A stretch of DNA of 64,000 nucleotides. Origin: Leucoraja ocellata. Its lineage: Eukaryota. The notes below the pieces were generated by a model. The model worked only from the letters and a program-made list of their open reading frames with translations. It was not told where the DNA came from and ran no database searches. Location: assembly GCA_036785375.1 (NCBI GenBank), contig JAWMAR010000104.1:4278001-4342000 (forward strand). The letters are read 5' to 3'. A program made the translations under genes and the position numbers. Of this stretch, positions 24,360 through 37,600 are shown piece after piece (position 1 is the first letter of the stretch; each line of letters starts with the position of its first letter).

Positions 24360-27300
24360 GTGGATAAGCTAAATTCCAGTTAAAATGTTAAAATAACAAC
24401 TTTTTTTTGCGAGATCGGCCAAATTGTTTGAAAGGCAATTAACCGGAAGAATTGAAATACTGGTATTCGAATGACACCAGCATTTATCTAAGGAAGAACC
24501 TTAAGTAAAACAAAAACGAATTCTGCCGTATAGATATGTGTGGGCATATGATTAAAGTTAATTGTCCATTGGAACGTAGAAGTTAAATCCTCTATGCGAT
24601 TTTTACAAGAAACATGTTGAAAATGTCGTGAAATATTCAAATAAACCAAGAAAAATTTTACGTATAATTATTGGGAAATATATAGAATTTATTAAACAAT
24701 GATCACAATCGCCCATATTCATATCAACGTTGTTCTTCACATTTGATGAGGCTGAACTTATATTTTCTTTATTTTGGAGACCCATTCAATTTTACTGAAT
24801 TTTTCGACGTTTGTTTCTTATTGGGTTTGTCGAAACATGTTCATGCAGCTGGCAGTCAATGTGTAAGCAAACGTTTTTGAGGTGTGGAACGCATAGGGTA
24901 AATAAAGGGTCATGGGTAGGTTCGTATTTATGAATATGCTCTCCATTCTGAAAGAGATCATTTTTGTAAAGTTGTTATCTATTCTTTAATCTGTTGCCAT
25001 TGGTAATGCAGGAGGAATTACCATAACCCAGAATCTCGCTCACTTCTAGATTTTTCAACATGCCATATAATTGGGTATTTAACTGAATATAGTAAAACTA
25101 AAAGTTTAACTAAAATACGAGCAAATTGTACAACTTTGAAGTAGGTTGCATTATTGTACATGCTGCAACTGTCCTTCATGTAAATGTTTAATGTAATCCC
25201 ACATTTTTAGTCGAAAACCAGGACGAATCAAACAGTCGTGTATTATAATTTAACGAGTTAAGAATAGTAATAGAATACATTAGATTGGACAGAAATCACC
25301 AAGGCACAGTTGTGATTTCTGGAAATCTCAAATAACACGTGAAAGTATTTGACGTTTTATTTTCCGAGAAAGAGATATGACATTTCAATACAACTTGAGC
25401 TCTAATTAGACATGGATGGGGTACTTCGCAATTATTCAGACAGCTAAGTAGAAAATGGCAGCAATCAACAAATTGATTATATGCACAAGTAGTAGGATGA
25501 TGGCGAGGGTAGTGTTGGGTTTAAGTGAAGGATGCAGGCAAGCAGGGACACTTGAATCGGTATAGCAGAACCACGACCAAGAGCCATCGCAGAAAATAAT
25601 GGCATGAGACGAAGTGCTGGTGATAAAGCAAATCTGAAATCAATACGAAAAGAATGGAAATCATTGTAAAAATCATCAGGTCATTTGTTCTTTTTGAGCA
25701 TTAACACTCTCATAGTTCCAGATCGATTATTTTTTCAGCGCTGAGATCTTACATCGATTTTTATGTGAAGTTGCTCAGATCTGAATTAAAATTGGCAGTA
25801 AAAATTTGAATCCGGAAACAGTGAATCAGTCTGAAGAAAGGTCACGACCCGAAACGTCATCCATTCCTTCTCTCCAGAGATACTACCTGTCCCGCTGAAT
25901 TACTCCAGCACTCGGTGTCTATCTGTAGCTGAAACAATAGTGCACTAATGATGGTTATGGTCATCGGCCTTTCAATAATGGGAGAGATCAACATTCGTGT
26001 CGAAGCACAGACTAATGCTTTTGCCGCCCATTCAGTCTACTTGATTGTTTCATCACGTGGATATCCACGTGGATGACTGAAAGCATCCTCCGTTGTCGCA
26101 ATAATTTGTTGAATGGATTGAAAGGAAAAAACATTGCTGCCTCCAAAATATTCCAGGTATAACGCTGAATGTCTGTGCTTTCGAACAAGTTACACCTCCA
26201 GTGTAACATTTATTGCTTAATGCATTTCACCCTTTTCATTTCTATCAAAGTGAAATTTACACTCTCTGATACCAACGTGTGCAATTGTATACAATTGACG
26301 AAGACATAATATTGACATAAAATGTTCTGAGTACAGGGCTGAAGGATTGTGTTGCAGAACTAAATCTAATCGAACATAACCACAAAATCGTATTCATTGA
26401 AAACCGAAATATTGTCGAGGTGCGTTGTATTTTAAACAATGACGTGCTGCAATATTTTGCTCAATGCCATTCCAGCGGTTAGTGTTCACTCATGGTTAAC
26501 TGCTTAATTCAGCACTAACTTCATAATAACTTTCAGGCCGATGCTTACTTTGCATTGCGCTAAAGTCACTCAAGTTTAGGCTGAGTTACTACAATGGCCC
26601 AAACGTTGATGCGAGGTTTCTAGTTTCAAAACTGCCATTGACCGTGATTGAATTTGATCAAGAATGATTGAAAGGCATATCAGCAAAATGCATGGTCGAA
26701 TAGAACCTGAGCGAAGCTTTCCATTGACATTAAGTATGGAATGTTGGACCTGCTCGACCACATTCGCCTTATTCCAGGTATTTGTTGCTCGACATTCCCA
26801 GTTAATGCCCCATGTAGTTAGACATAAGATGCTGGAGTAACTCTGCGGGACAGGCAGCATTTCTGAACAGAAGCAATGGGTGCCGTTTCGGGTCGAGACG
26901 CTTCTTCAGACTTCAGTCCAGCCAAACATCAGTCTCGACCAGAAAAGTCACCCATTCCTTCTCTCCAGAGATGCTGGTTGGCCCGCTGAGTTACTCCTGC
27001 ATTTTGCGTCTATCTTCAGTTTAAGCAAGTATCTGCAGCTCGTTCCTCCACAATGCCATATGCTGTTAAGTTTAACCCTCTCCCCGTTACGCTTTCCTTC
27101 AGATTGGCTTACACTTGCGCACTGCAGGACCCTCCCTGTTCACTACACAATAGAATATCTAATTTGATTAGGACTGGCCACACTCAGCGGCAATAGACTT
27201 TTTTGTTTTACACAATCAAGTAACAGTGGCGCTGCCTAATAGGCAACTAATAAATATTTCAGACTGCAGACGTCTAATCACCGGCCACTGTCCACCTATT

Positions 27301-29206
27301 TAATATTATTGGCATGGTGGTTGACTATTCGCAATTAGAATACTGATTCACCTGCCACATACATTGTCGACCACATTGTTGACCCAACCTACAATATAAA
27401 AATTCTAATCCTTCAGCACGATCGTCGCTACTGCCATCAATGTCGACTTTTTCAATTTATACAATTTAAAGATTATTACAAAATTATGATACGATTTCTA
27501 CTTACCTAAACTAACAGAAACAAAGTAATTCGTAAAAAGACATATAATTAATCATAAAGAACATAAATTGCCCTCGCATCACAGGTCAGCAACAACATCC
27601 AACAGCATTCAAATAGACAATGCAAAACAGAGTAGGTGAATGTAAAGTTCATTTGCGCACCAGAGTTCAAAGATTGTGCTTGCTCAGTGAGCTTNNNNNN
27701 NNNNNNNNNNNNNNNNNNNNNNNNNNNNNNNNNNNNNNNNNNNNNNNNNNNNNNNNNNNNNNNNNNNNNNNNNNNNNNNNNNNNNNNNNNNNNNNNNNNN
27801 NNNNNNNNNNNNNNNNNNNNNNNAATTAATATTTAATATTGATGATGTTGAAGATCTTTCATCAGAATAGTGCATGTTTGATAAGATTGTCAGTGAATGG
27901 TTACATACACTTGTGTAACACTGTTCAATCTTGCGAATCATAAAATGCCTAGTGAAAAGATGATAAAGTATTCTTCAAATTACTTTAGATTTTCTTTTCA
28001 AGGGTGTAAGGGATCAACGAAAGTGTGGTCAGAGTGTGGCTGACATTAAAATTAAAGTGCCAAGCAAATGGCAGCATAGCAGAATAATCTACAATATCTA
28101 CAAAGCCGATTCTGAATTTAATGTGTTTCTCCATTGTGGAATGGATCCTATTGCGCACGCAGCATGAAGATTGCTATATTGGAAGGAGTGAGTGTAAGTT
28201 GCCCTATTAGTTGAAATAACCATTTGTGCCTGTTGATATTGGCATGTGTAGAATACATGCGGTCATAGATGATAGGAGCATAATTAGGCCATTCGGTCCA
28301 TCAATTCTACTACGCCATTCAATCATGGCTGATATATCTCTCCTCCTTAACCCATTCTCTTGCCTTCTCCCCATAACCCCTGACACCCGTACTAATAAAG
28401 AGTTAGACTGGAAGACGTTACATCTCCAACGATCGCAAATGAATGTGCCATTCAAAGAGGGATGCGTGCTAAGGGAGATGTATTGTGACGTAGGCAATTA
28501 CCGACTGAGTAATTTATTTGTGAGCCTGTGTAGACGTGTTGGTTGTAACGTCATGCGCAATGAGACAGAGGTAATGGAGAATAATCCATTGATTGTAGAG
28601 GATGTTGCGACAAACAGGAGACAATTGCAAAATTATTATCAGAACAGATAAGATGGAGTAAGAGATACTTGGAACACGGAATGGTTTTCTTGTAGGAAGA
28701 AATATGGGAGGAGATGTGGACAAGATTGTGTGAGCATAGGACAGCAACTGACATGATGGTTCTCCACTGGAATCATTGCTGAGACCTTCAGCCGGAATCA
28801 AGGTAGTATGCGTCAGAACATGGTAGCCAACTCGACGCCCCATTTGCTATTCAAAGCGTTGATATATATGGCTGCAGCGTACGGGGAGGTTGATGTCAAT
28901 TCTCGCGGGAACTGCTGAAGAGATGCAAGTACGTTTTGGGTAATTGTGGTGATAAGGACAAATCAGCGTCGATGGTGAATGACGCTTCTGATTTATTTTC
29001 CTTCGAAGCATCTTAAATCAATCAAGCCAGATCAACAATGGAATAACTCCACTGGTGTGTGTTAATGCAATCGCACCATTATTCCAAAAGCATGATAATA
29101 TTAAGGGAAACAAATTTAATTAACATCTAACATGTCGCCTTAAATTACCCATTTATTAACGAAGAAGAAAAGTGCAAAGAAATGTGAGGTGTTCCATGAT
29201 GGGAAC

Positions 29207-30180
29207 ATAGGCAGGTGAATGGTAGGGCTCTGGGTAGTGTTGCAGAGCAGAGGGATCTAGGAATGCAGGTACAATTTATATAATACAATACAATACAATA
29301 CCGTTTATTTGTCATTTGAACCTCACATGAAGTTCAAACGAAATTTGGTTTCTGCAGTCATACAACAGGAAAAGAACCAAGACACACACCAACACAATTT
29401 ACACGAACATCCATCACAGTGGATCTCCTCCTCACTGTGATGGAAGGCAACGTTTTGTCTCTCCCCTGCTCTCAATTCTTCTCCCGAAGTCAAAGTCATG
29501 ATTCCTTGAACGTGGAGTAGCAAGTAAATCGCGTCGTCAAAAAGGGTTTTCGCAGATCGGCCTACGTCAGCCAGTGTATTGAGTATAGAAGCTGGGTGGT
29601 AATGTTGCAGTTGTATACGTCGTTGGCGAGGCCGCATTTAGAGTATTGCTGTCAGTTCTGGACACCGTGTTATGGGAAAGATGTTGTCAAGCTGGAAAGG
29701 GTGCAGAAAAGATTTACGAGGATGTTGCCAGGAATAGAGGGTCTGAGCTATAGGCAGAGTAGGCTGGGACTCTATTCCTTGGAGCCTAGGAGGATGAGGG
29801 GTGATCTTATAGAGGTGTATAAGATCATGAGAGGAATAGATCCGCTAGATGTACAGAGTAACTTGTCCAGAGTAGGGGAATCGAGAACCAGCGGACATAG
29901 GTTTAAGGTGAAGGGGAAAAGATTTAATAGGAATGTGAGGGGTAACCTTTTCACATAAAGGGTGGTGGTTGCATGGAACAAGCAGCCAGAGGAGGTAGTC
30001 GAGGCAAGGACTATCCTAACGTTCCAGGAACAGTTAAACAGGTACATGGATACGACAGGTTTAGAGGGATATGGACAAAATGCGGGCAGGTGGGACTAGT
30101 GCAGCTGGGATATGTTGGCCGGTGCAGGCAAGTTGGGCAGATGGGCACTGTATCACTCTATGACTATATGACTATCACTA
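29207..30180 (+). mobile_element. CR1 LINE 3' fragment with tail, carrying a nested insertion (paralogue ~55343-56313)
   Basis: ORF 29596..29958 encodes the CR1 ORF2 C-terminus; (CTATGA)n tail at ~30157-30180. Confidence 0.9.
29272..29496 (-). mobile_element. Short retroposon 3' end with (TATTG)n tail and 12-bp hairpin, nested in CR1 (paralogue ~55406-55630)
   Basis: Absent from the same CR1 in units 1 and 2; perfect inverted repeat TCCATCACAGTG/CACTGTGATGGA at 29410-29444; family not identified. Confidence 0.7.
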
Positions 30181-30573
30181 AATGCTGTAGCCAATACCAA
30201 TAACAAAATAAATGCACCGTAGCAATTAGGGCTTCTTGTACCTCGAAAATCCAAGCGCAGTCGACAAATGCAGGAAACGCATAGTGGCTACACTATTAGA
30301 ATGTTTTCACGCAATTTACTCTTCTTTCTGATTTGAATTATACCATCTATCATTGAGCTTTTCGATCAAACTACAGCAACGTTTATTCGCAGTACTATGC
30401 GAATAAACCTCACTGACCGTGCTACCAAACATGGATTATCCCCACATTGCAACAAAAATCTAGTAATAAACGTTAGCATTCCCGATGGGGCCAGATTACA
30501 TTAAAAAAAAAAAGTCGTTTATCATGTCTGGTCAGTAGAAAAACAACTTAATATGAATACCTAATCCACTGGA

Positions 30574-30770
30574 AGGTACACAAAAATGCTGGAGAAACTC
30601 AGCGGGTGCAGCAGCATCTATGGAGCGAAGGAAATAGGCGACTGAAGAAGGGTTTCGGCCCGAAACGTCGCCTATTTCCTTCGCTCCTTAGATGCTGCTG
30701 CACCCGCTGAGTTTCTCCAGCATTTTTGTGTACCTTCGATCTTCCAGCATCTGCAGTTCCTTCTTGAACA
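30574..30770 (+). mobile_element. Inverted-repeat Penelope-type element with hammerhead motif and a 39-bp central deletion
   Basis: Long reverse-complementary arms; core at 30642-30669; imperfect 15-bp TSD, which is perfect in the 56.7 kb copy. Confidence 0.8.
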
Positions 30771-31166
30771 CATAATTCACTGGATCTGATTAATAGATCA
30801 ATGCTATAAACTTGCAATGTCGGTTTCATTCTTTTAAAGACTGGATTGCTATAGAACCGAATCATTATGATATCATGGTTTAGGTTCATCACAACAAATT
30901 AGAACTGCCCATTTGTAGACGAGCGCTTGAATCGCGTAGGCATGGAAGAAATCGATCCAAATGCTGGAAGGTGGGATTACTACCGATGAGTGCCGTTACG
31001 TCGGCCTGGTCCGAATGCACTGTTTTACATACTGTACGACTCCGAGTTTTAATTTTGTACTATCTGCCGGTTCGACTTGATATTGCAGACTTCTGTTTTA
31101 CGACAATCAATTACAAACAATTTCAAAAAGCACTTAAATAATGTTATCAACACGCTCCTAAGAATT

Positions 31167-31357
31167 GTGTAGGAAGGAAATGCAGATGCTGGTCTAAACC
31201 GAAGATAGACACAAAATGCTGGAGTAACTCAGCGGGACATGTAGCATCGCTGGAGAGAAGGAATGGGTCGAGACCCTTCTTCAGACTGACTTGTCACCCA
31301 ATCTTTCGCTCCAGAGATGCTGCCTGTCCCGCTGAGTTACCCCAGCATATTGTGTCA
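31167..31357 (-). mobile_element. Inverted-repeat Penelope-type element with 12-bp TSD (paralogue 57338-57528)
   Basis: CTCCTAAGAATT at 31155-31166 and 31358-31369; both hammerhead cores are internally deleted. Confidence 0.8.
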
Positions 31358-31687
31358 CTCCTAAGAATTAATTACAACCCCTTTCAAGGTAGCTTTGCCA
31401 ACCTACTTATTTATCTTATCACTTTAAGTTCCTGATGACTTTCAAAATTATCAGTTGCGATGCACTGCCCGAAATTACTTTCGGTATGTTTAAATTTACC
31501 TCAAGTGAACATGGTATATTTGGCAGAGCAAATCACAGTAATAGCCCTCTCAAGATTCTGACAGAATTCTATAAATTCAATACTATCAGCTTTGGCCAAT
31601 GTTTAATATTATAATAAGCTAATTGATAACATTTGTATGTTTTGGCCTCCACGGAACGCGTCCCATATGTATCTGACATGAGAGGCT

Positions 31688-32030
31688 GTCTGAAAATGTG
31701 TCTCGACCCGAAACGTCACACATTCCTTCTCTCCAGAGATGCTGCCTGGCCCACTGAGTTACCCCATCATTTTGTGTTTATCTTCGGTTTTTCCATTAGA
31801 TAGGGCACACTGATTCTTCTCTACCTCATTGCGGATATTGGACTTTTCCTCTGGACTTGATACTCTACAATGCTGAGAACTATATTCCACACTCTTTATC
31901 ATTCTCTTCGCGCTACCTATTGTATTTGGATTTGACTTGGATATATTTATGTATATATTATCTCCTTTGATTGGATAAAATGCAAATCCTCGCTTTTCAC
32001 CTCGGCACTCGTTGTACAAATAAACCTTAA
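31688..32030 (+). mobile_element. Degenerate Penelope-type arm (to ~31790) followed by an unrelated retroposon 3' end (paralogue ~57858-58198)
   Basis: TCTCGACCCGAAACGTC plus the conserved arm, then AT-rich 3' UTR-like sequence ending AATAAACC. Confidence 0.55.
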
Positions 32031-32340
32031 TCTACACAATCGAAATAATGCCGAATGCATGAGAATGGTGGAAACAGGTTCAACGTTCAGCCGTTCACTT
32101 AGTTTTCATCATCCAGTTAATTAAAGAGCAACAAATTAGACAACAACGCAATGAGTAAACACGCAAATCAGCGACTCTGACCACAGATTCGCGAAAGAAA
32201 TATGAAGTGGTACAAAGAGAAGGGGAAATGCAGGAAATGGGCATCATTGCAATAGAAGGTCGGCATTTGAAATCTAAACCTGTCTTACTCTGAGATGTAG
32301 ATGTAAAATCTGCGCGATGCATTTTCGTCACATGACTCAC

Positions 32341-34791
32341 CTCATTTGACCAGGTCTTCTGCGGCTTTGCATACTGCAACGTATATCGGCCGTCCATTCC
32401 GGTAATTCCTGATATGTGTGGACTGAATGGTGTGAAAAACATTTCCTCTGGCTCCGGTGCTGACCGAATTTTGTAACGGTAGGATTCTGAAAGAGACCCA
32501 TTGCCGCGCACCTCAAGTATACCGGGAAGGAGGTGGGAATCCCTAGCAAGTTGAAGGTTGACATTTGCATTCTGATATTCCAATTTTCTGGTGCAGCAAC
32601 AGCTACCGAAGAGGCACACGCTGCAGGAAGCGGCACTGTGGCCTCGTGGGCAAGTTACGACTACAAGTGCAATGATAACCACCAGCAGAATTAAAGACGT
32701 CGCTCCCAAAGTTATTATTATGTAAAGACTTAACTGTTGCGTGCCTTTGAAATCCGGACGCGATTCAATAAATTCCGGCTGATAGGTTATAGGTCCCTCA
32801 ATTACCGTCAGGCTTAAAGTGGTCGTAGCTGAAAGAGCCGGGTAACCGTTGTCTTTCACTTGGATAATTAGTTTTTGTGTGGTGACGTCGCTATCTTTGA
32901 GCTGCCGAACACTCCTTACTTCTCCGGAACTATGTGAAACCGTGAAAAGACCCGGGACACTGGCCTGTTTCAGATGATAGGATAGCTGGGCATTTTTACC
33001 AGAATCTGCGTCGGAAGCAATAATTTGTGTCACCAAATATCCTGGATCTGCAGAGCGGCTCACATGAAAATTGGTATTGCGTTTTGCTCCAGGTGTTAGT
33101 ATGATAGGTGGATTGTCGTTTTGATCCAGAACAACCACCTGCACAGCCACCTCGCTGAAAAGTGATGGTAATCCGGCATCCTCAGCTCGAACCTGAAACT
33201 GAAACGTCTTAAATTGCTCGTAATCAAATGATCTTTTAGAGTAAATACTGCCATTATTGGGGTTGATATAGACATAGGATGACACTGGCACTGACTGAAC
33301 CTGGTAGTCCAAAATAGTGTAAGACAGACGTGAATTTCGGTCAGTATCAGGATCTAAAGCAGTCACTGATCTGATGTAACTCTCCGGTGCGTTGTTTTCG
33401 GTCACGTACACCGTGTAGGAACGTTGCGTAAATTGCGGCGCATTGTCATTCACGTCGGAAACGTCGACAATAATCGTGGTATTGGTAAATAGTGGAGGGG
33501 ACCCACGGTCTTTACACGTCACAGTAATTATATATTGAAAAGCGCTTTCTCGGTCCAGTAATGCACTTGTGACAAGTCTGTAAGAATTGACAAAGGAAGA
33601 TTTCAGATCAAACGGGAGGTTTGGAGAAACACGGCAATCAATGTTTCCATTTTGATTGGAATCCCGATCTGTTACACTGACAAACGCAATCAAAGTTCCA
33701 GTCGGAGCATCTTCTCTGATGCTATCGGAAATGGAATTTAGTGTCATCTCTGGAGCATTGTCATTGACATCTGTAATCTCCACCCGCACGTTACAGTGCT
33801 CCGAAAGCGGTTGTGTGCCTCTGTCGTTAGCCTCCACGTGAATGAGAAAAACATTTGATTTTTCAAAATCCAAAATTCCTTTTGTATGAATTTCCCCTGA
33901 GAACGGATTAATGGTGAATACTTCAGTTATTTTGGGCTCATTGTTGCTGCTAAATGAATAAACGATCTCACCATTGGTACCCTGGTCTAAATCAGTCGCG
34001 TTAAGCCTGATCACTAAAGAATTAGGAGGCACATTCTCCCTCAGACTAACACTATAAAACGATTTCTGGAAAACAGGAGGATTATCATTTACATCTAGGA
34101 TATTGATAGTTATGTGAACGGTACCTGACCTTTCTGGAGTCCCGCCGTCAATAGCCGTCAGTAATAAAGTATACACTGATTGTTTTTCTCGGTCGAGAAT
34201 GTTCTCCAGTACTAACGCAGGCAATTTCCACTTTCCTGTATTCTGTACATCTAACGTAAAATATTTGTTCGCATTGAGCTGATATGTGCGAACCGAATTA
34301 TTATTCCCGTCCAGATCATGTGCGCGCTCTAATGGAAAGCGGGTCCCGGGCATTACAGACTCTGGAATCTTCAAATCAATTTCTCTGTTCGGAAAAGTCG
34401 GAGAGTTATCATTTAAATCCAGAACCTCAACTTCCACACGGTACTGCTCCACTGGATTTTCCACCACCGCTTCCATGAGTAGTACGCAGTTATCACTCTG
34501 ACCACATAGTTGTTCCCTGTCAATTCTTACATTCACAAATAAAATTCCATTGACGCGGTTCACATCCAAATATTGTATTGACGCGACAGATATTATTCTG
34601 AATTTACGACTTGATAGCTCTTCCGTGCTCAAACCCAAATCCTTTCCGATATTCCCGACGAATGCTCCGTGTTCCAGTTCTTCGGGAATGGAGTAACGAA
34701 TCTGCCCGGAAACTAGATTCCACAGACAAAGCAGAAAGATGGATGATATCCCCGACTTTATACGCACACGCAGAACGCCCATTTGTGTCAT
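32341..34791 (-). CDS. Clustered protocadherin variable exon, subtype B copy 1 (817 codons)
   Basis: ORF 32095..34827; ATG at 34791 (MTQMGVL); six EC repeats, TM, CCC-containing tail; donor GAG|GTGAGT at 32341/32340. The last 81 codons of the ORF are intron read-through. Confidence 0.95.
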
Positions 34792-34936
34792 TTCTTTAGC
34801 AGGGTAATTTGGCCAAACCTTAAACAAATGTTTTTGCGGTTGATCGTATTCTGTTCAATAACCGGCGCAATCCATTCAATGTGGAAAATAACTATATAAG
34901 CGTGGTCGGCTGCAGAGAAGGTTCGCTTTGTTCCAG

Positions 34937-35060
34937 GCCGCCATTTTTCTGCTTCCTTTCTCAAGGATTGGGGGATGGGTGGTGGATCACAAGCTGCATT
35001 TCACCACCTTATTGGTAGACAGCGACACAAAGAGTCTCAGCCTATAACTGCACTGAGAAT
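34937..35060 (-). promoter_or_regulatory. Variable-exon promoter B1 (CSE block)
   Basis: TGCAGTTAT-AGGCT-GAGACTCTTTGTGTCGCTG-TCTACCAAT (35052-35011); second CCAAT at 34971-34967; AAAATGGCGGC at 34947-34937; spacing identical to subtype A. Confidence 0.85.
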
Positions 35061-35340
35061 ATTAATAACGTTGAACTCTGGTGAAAAGTAAACGTTTAAC
35101 TATTTTAAGATAAAGCATTGTAAGATTTTGAAATGAATTTGCTATAACGTACAATCAAATTGGTATTCCAACTATTACCTGAACATAAGACAGGAACATC
35201 AAAAGCTACGTTGCAACGAAACGCAGGCAAGGTTTGGAAATATTTTTGCCGATTTGATGAAATAACACATTCAATACGCGTTTTTCCCCCATATTTCAAT
35301 GCAATGCAAGAATGTGTTGCATTGTAAATTCCAGACTGAA

Positions 35341-37600
35341 ATATAACAATTACAGCACGGAAACAGACCATCTCGGCCGTTCCATTCCGTGCCGAACACT
35401 TACTCTCACGTCCCATCTACCTGCACTCAGACCATAACCCTCCATTCCTTTCCCGTCCATACACCTATCCAATTTATTTTTAAATGATAAAAACGAACCT
35501 GCCTTCAACACTTCCTCTGGAAGCTCATTTCACACAGCAACCACTCACTGAGTAAAGAAGTTCCCCCTCATGATGCCCCTAAACTTTTGTCCCGTAATTC
35601 GCAAACGATGGCCTCTTGTTTGAATCTTCCCTACTCTTAATGGAAACGATTATCCACGTCAACTGTGTCTATCCCTCTCATAATTTTAAAGACCTCTATC
35701 AAGTCCCCCCTTAAATTTCTGCGCTCCAAAGAATAAAGACCTATTTTGTTAAATCTTTCTCTGTAACTTAGGTGCAGAAACGTAGGCAGCATTCCAATAA
35801 ATCTCACCTGTACTCTCTCTATATTGTTGACATATTTCATATAATTTAGCGACCAGAATTGTATACCATATTCCAGAATTGGCCTCACCAATGCCTTGTA
35901 CAATTTTAACATTACATCCCAACTTCTATACTCAATGCTCGGTCGTGTACGTCATATTTGGATTTGTCCTGCCAAGATGTAGCGCCTCACACTTATCAGC
36001 ATTAATCTCCATCTGCCATCTTTCAGCCCACTCTTCCAAATGGCCAAAATCTCTCTGTAGATTTTGAAAATCTACTTTATTATCCAGAACACCACCTATC
36101 CTAGTATCATCTGCATACTTACTAATCCAATTTACCACACCATCATCCAGATCATTGATGTATATGACAAACAACAGTGGACCCAACACAGACCCCTGAT
36201 GCACCCCACTAGACACCGGCTTCCAACCTGACAAACAGTTGTCCACCATTGCTCTCTGGTATCTCCCATTCAGCCACTATTGAATCCATCTTGCTACTCC
36301 ACTATTAATACCCAATAACTGAACCTTCTTAACCAACCTTCCACGTGGAACCTTGTCAAAGGCCTTATTGAAGTCCATATAGACAATATCCACCGCTTTA
36401 CCCTCATCAATTTACCTAGTAACCTCTTCAAAAAATTCAAGAAGATTAGTCAAACATAACCTTCCAGGCACAAATCCATGTTGACTGTTCCTAATCAGAC
36501 CCTGTTTATCCAGATGCTTATATATACTATCTCTAAGTATCCTTTCCATTAATGTGCCCACCACTGTCGTCAAACTAACATGTCTATAATTGCTAGGTTT
36601 ACTCTTAGAACCCTTTTAAAACAATGGAACAACATGCGCAGTATGCCAATCCTCTGGCACTATTCCCGTTTCTAATGACATTTGAAATATTTCTGTCATA
36701 GCCCCTGATATTTCTACACTAACTTCCCTCACTGTCCTAGGGTATATCCTGTCAGGACCTGGAGACTTATCCACTTTTATATTTTTCAAAAGTGTCAGTA
36801 CTTCCTCTTCTTTGATCCCCTGTTTCCATAGCTACCTTACTTCTTTCCGTTACCTCACATAATTCAATATCCTTCTCCTTGGTGAATGCCGAAGAAAAGA
36901 CATTGTTCAATATCTCCCCAATCTCTTTTGGCTCTGTAGATAGCTGTCCACTCTGACTCTCTGATGGACCAATTTTATCCCTCGTTATCCTTTTGCTATT
37001 AATATAGCTGTAGAAACCCTTTGGATTTACTGTCACCTTACTTGCCAAAGCAACCTCATATCTTCTTTTAGCTTTTGTAATATATTTCTTAAGATTCTTT
37101 TTATATTCTTTATACTCCTCAAGCACCTCATTTACTCCATACCGTCTATAATTATTGATGATCTCTCTCTTTTTCTGAACCGTGTCCACTTTTCCTTGAA
37201 AACTATAGCTCTTTCAATGATTACTCTTTCCTTTCAACCGAACAGAGACATAAAGATTACGTACTCTTAAAATGTCACCTTTAAATGTCTTCCATTTCTC
37301 TACTACATTCTTCCCATAAAACGAAATGTCCCCTTTTAAATCATTTCGCATCTCCTCAAAGTTAGCCTTTCTCCAATCAAAAATCTCAACTGTTGGTCCA
37401 GTTCTGACCTTCTCCATAATTATATTGAAACTACTGGTCTTGTGATCACTGGACCTGAAGTGTTCCCTAACACATACATCCGTCAACTGACCTGTCTCAT
37501 TTCCTAACAGGAGGTCCAGCACTGCCCGTTCTCTAGTAGGTACCTCTATGTATTGTTGCAAAAAACTATCCTGCACACATTTTACAAACTCCAAACCATC
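35341..37600 (-). mobile_element. Decayed CR1 LINE (ORF2 end of endonuclease, RT, C-terminus and 3' UTR)
   Basis: ORF fragments 37214..37594, 36767..37189, 35932..36249 (GVHQGSVLGP, YADD) and 35637..35912. Confidence 0.93.

Larger units (their letters stand above)
1576..29766. repeat. Tandem triplication of a ~9.3-9.6 kb unit (1576-11137, 11138-20423, 20424-29766), one subtype A exon per unit
   Basis: Coding and non-coding sequence recur in the same order; the same junction GAGTAGGC-TG-ATTTT occurs at 11138 and 20424. Confidence 0.9.

Noticed and set aside
32095-32340. Long C-terminal tail of subtype B ORFs
   Set aside because: Lies past a consensus GTGAGT donor positioned as in the other exons; treated as intron, and no nearby poly(A) signal was seen.
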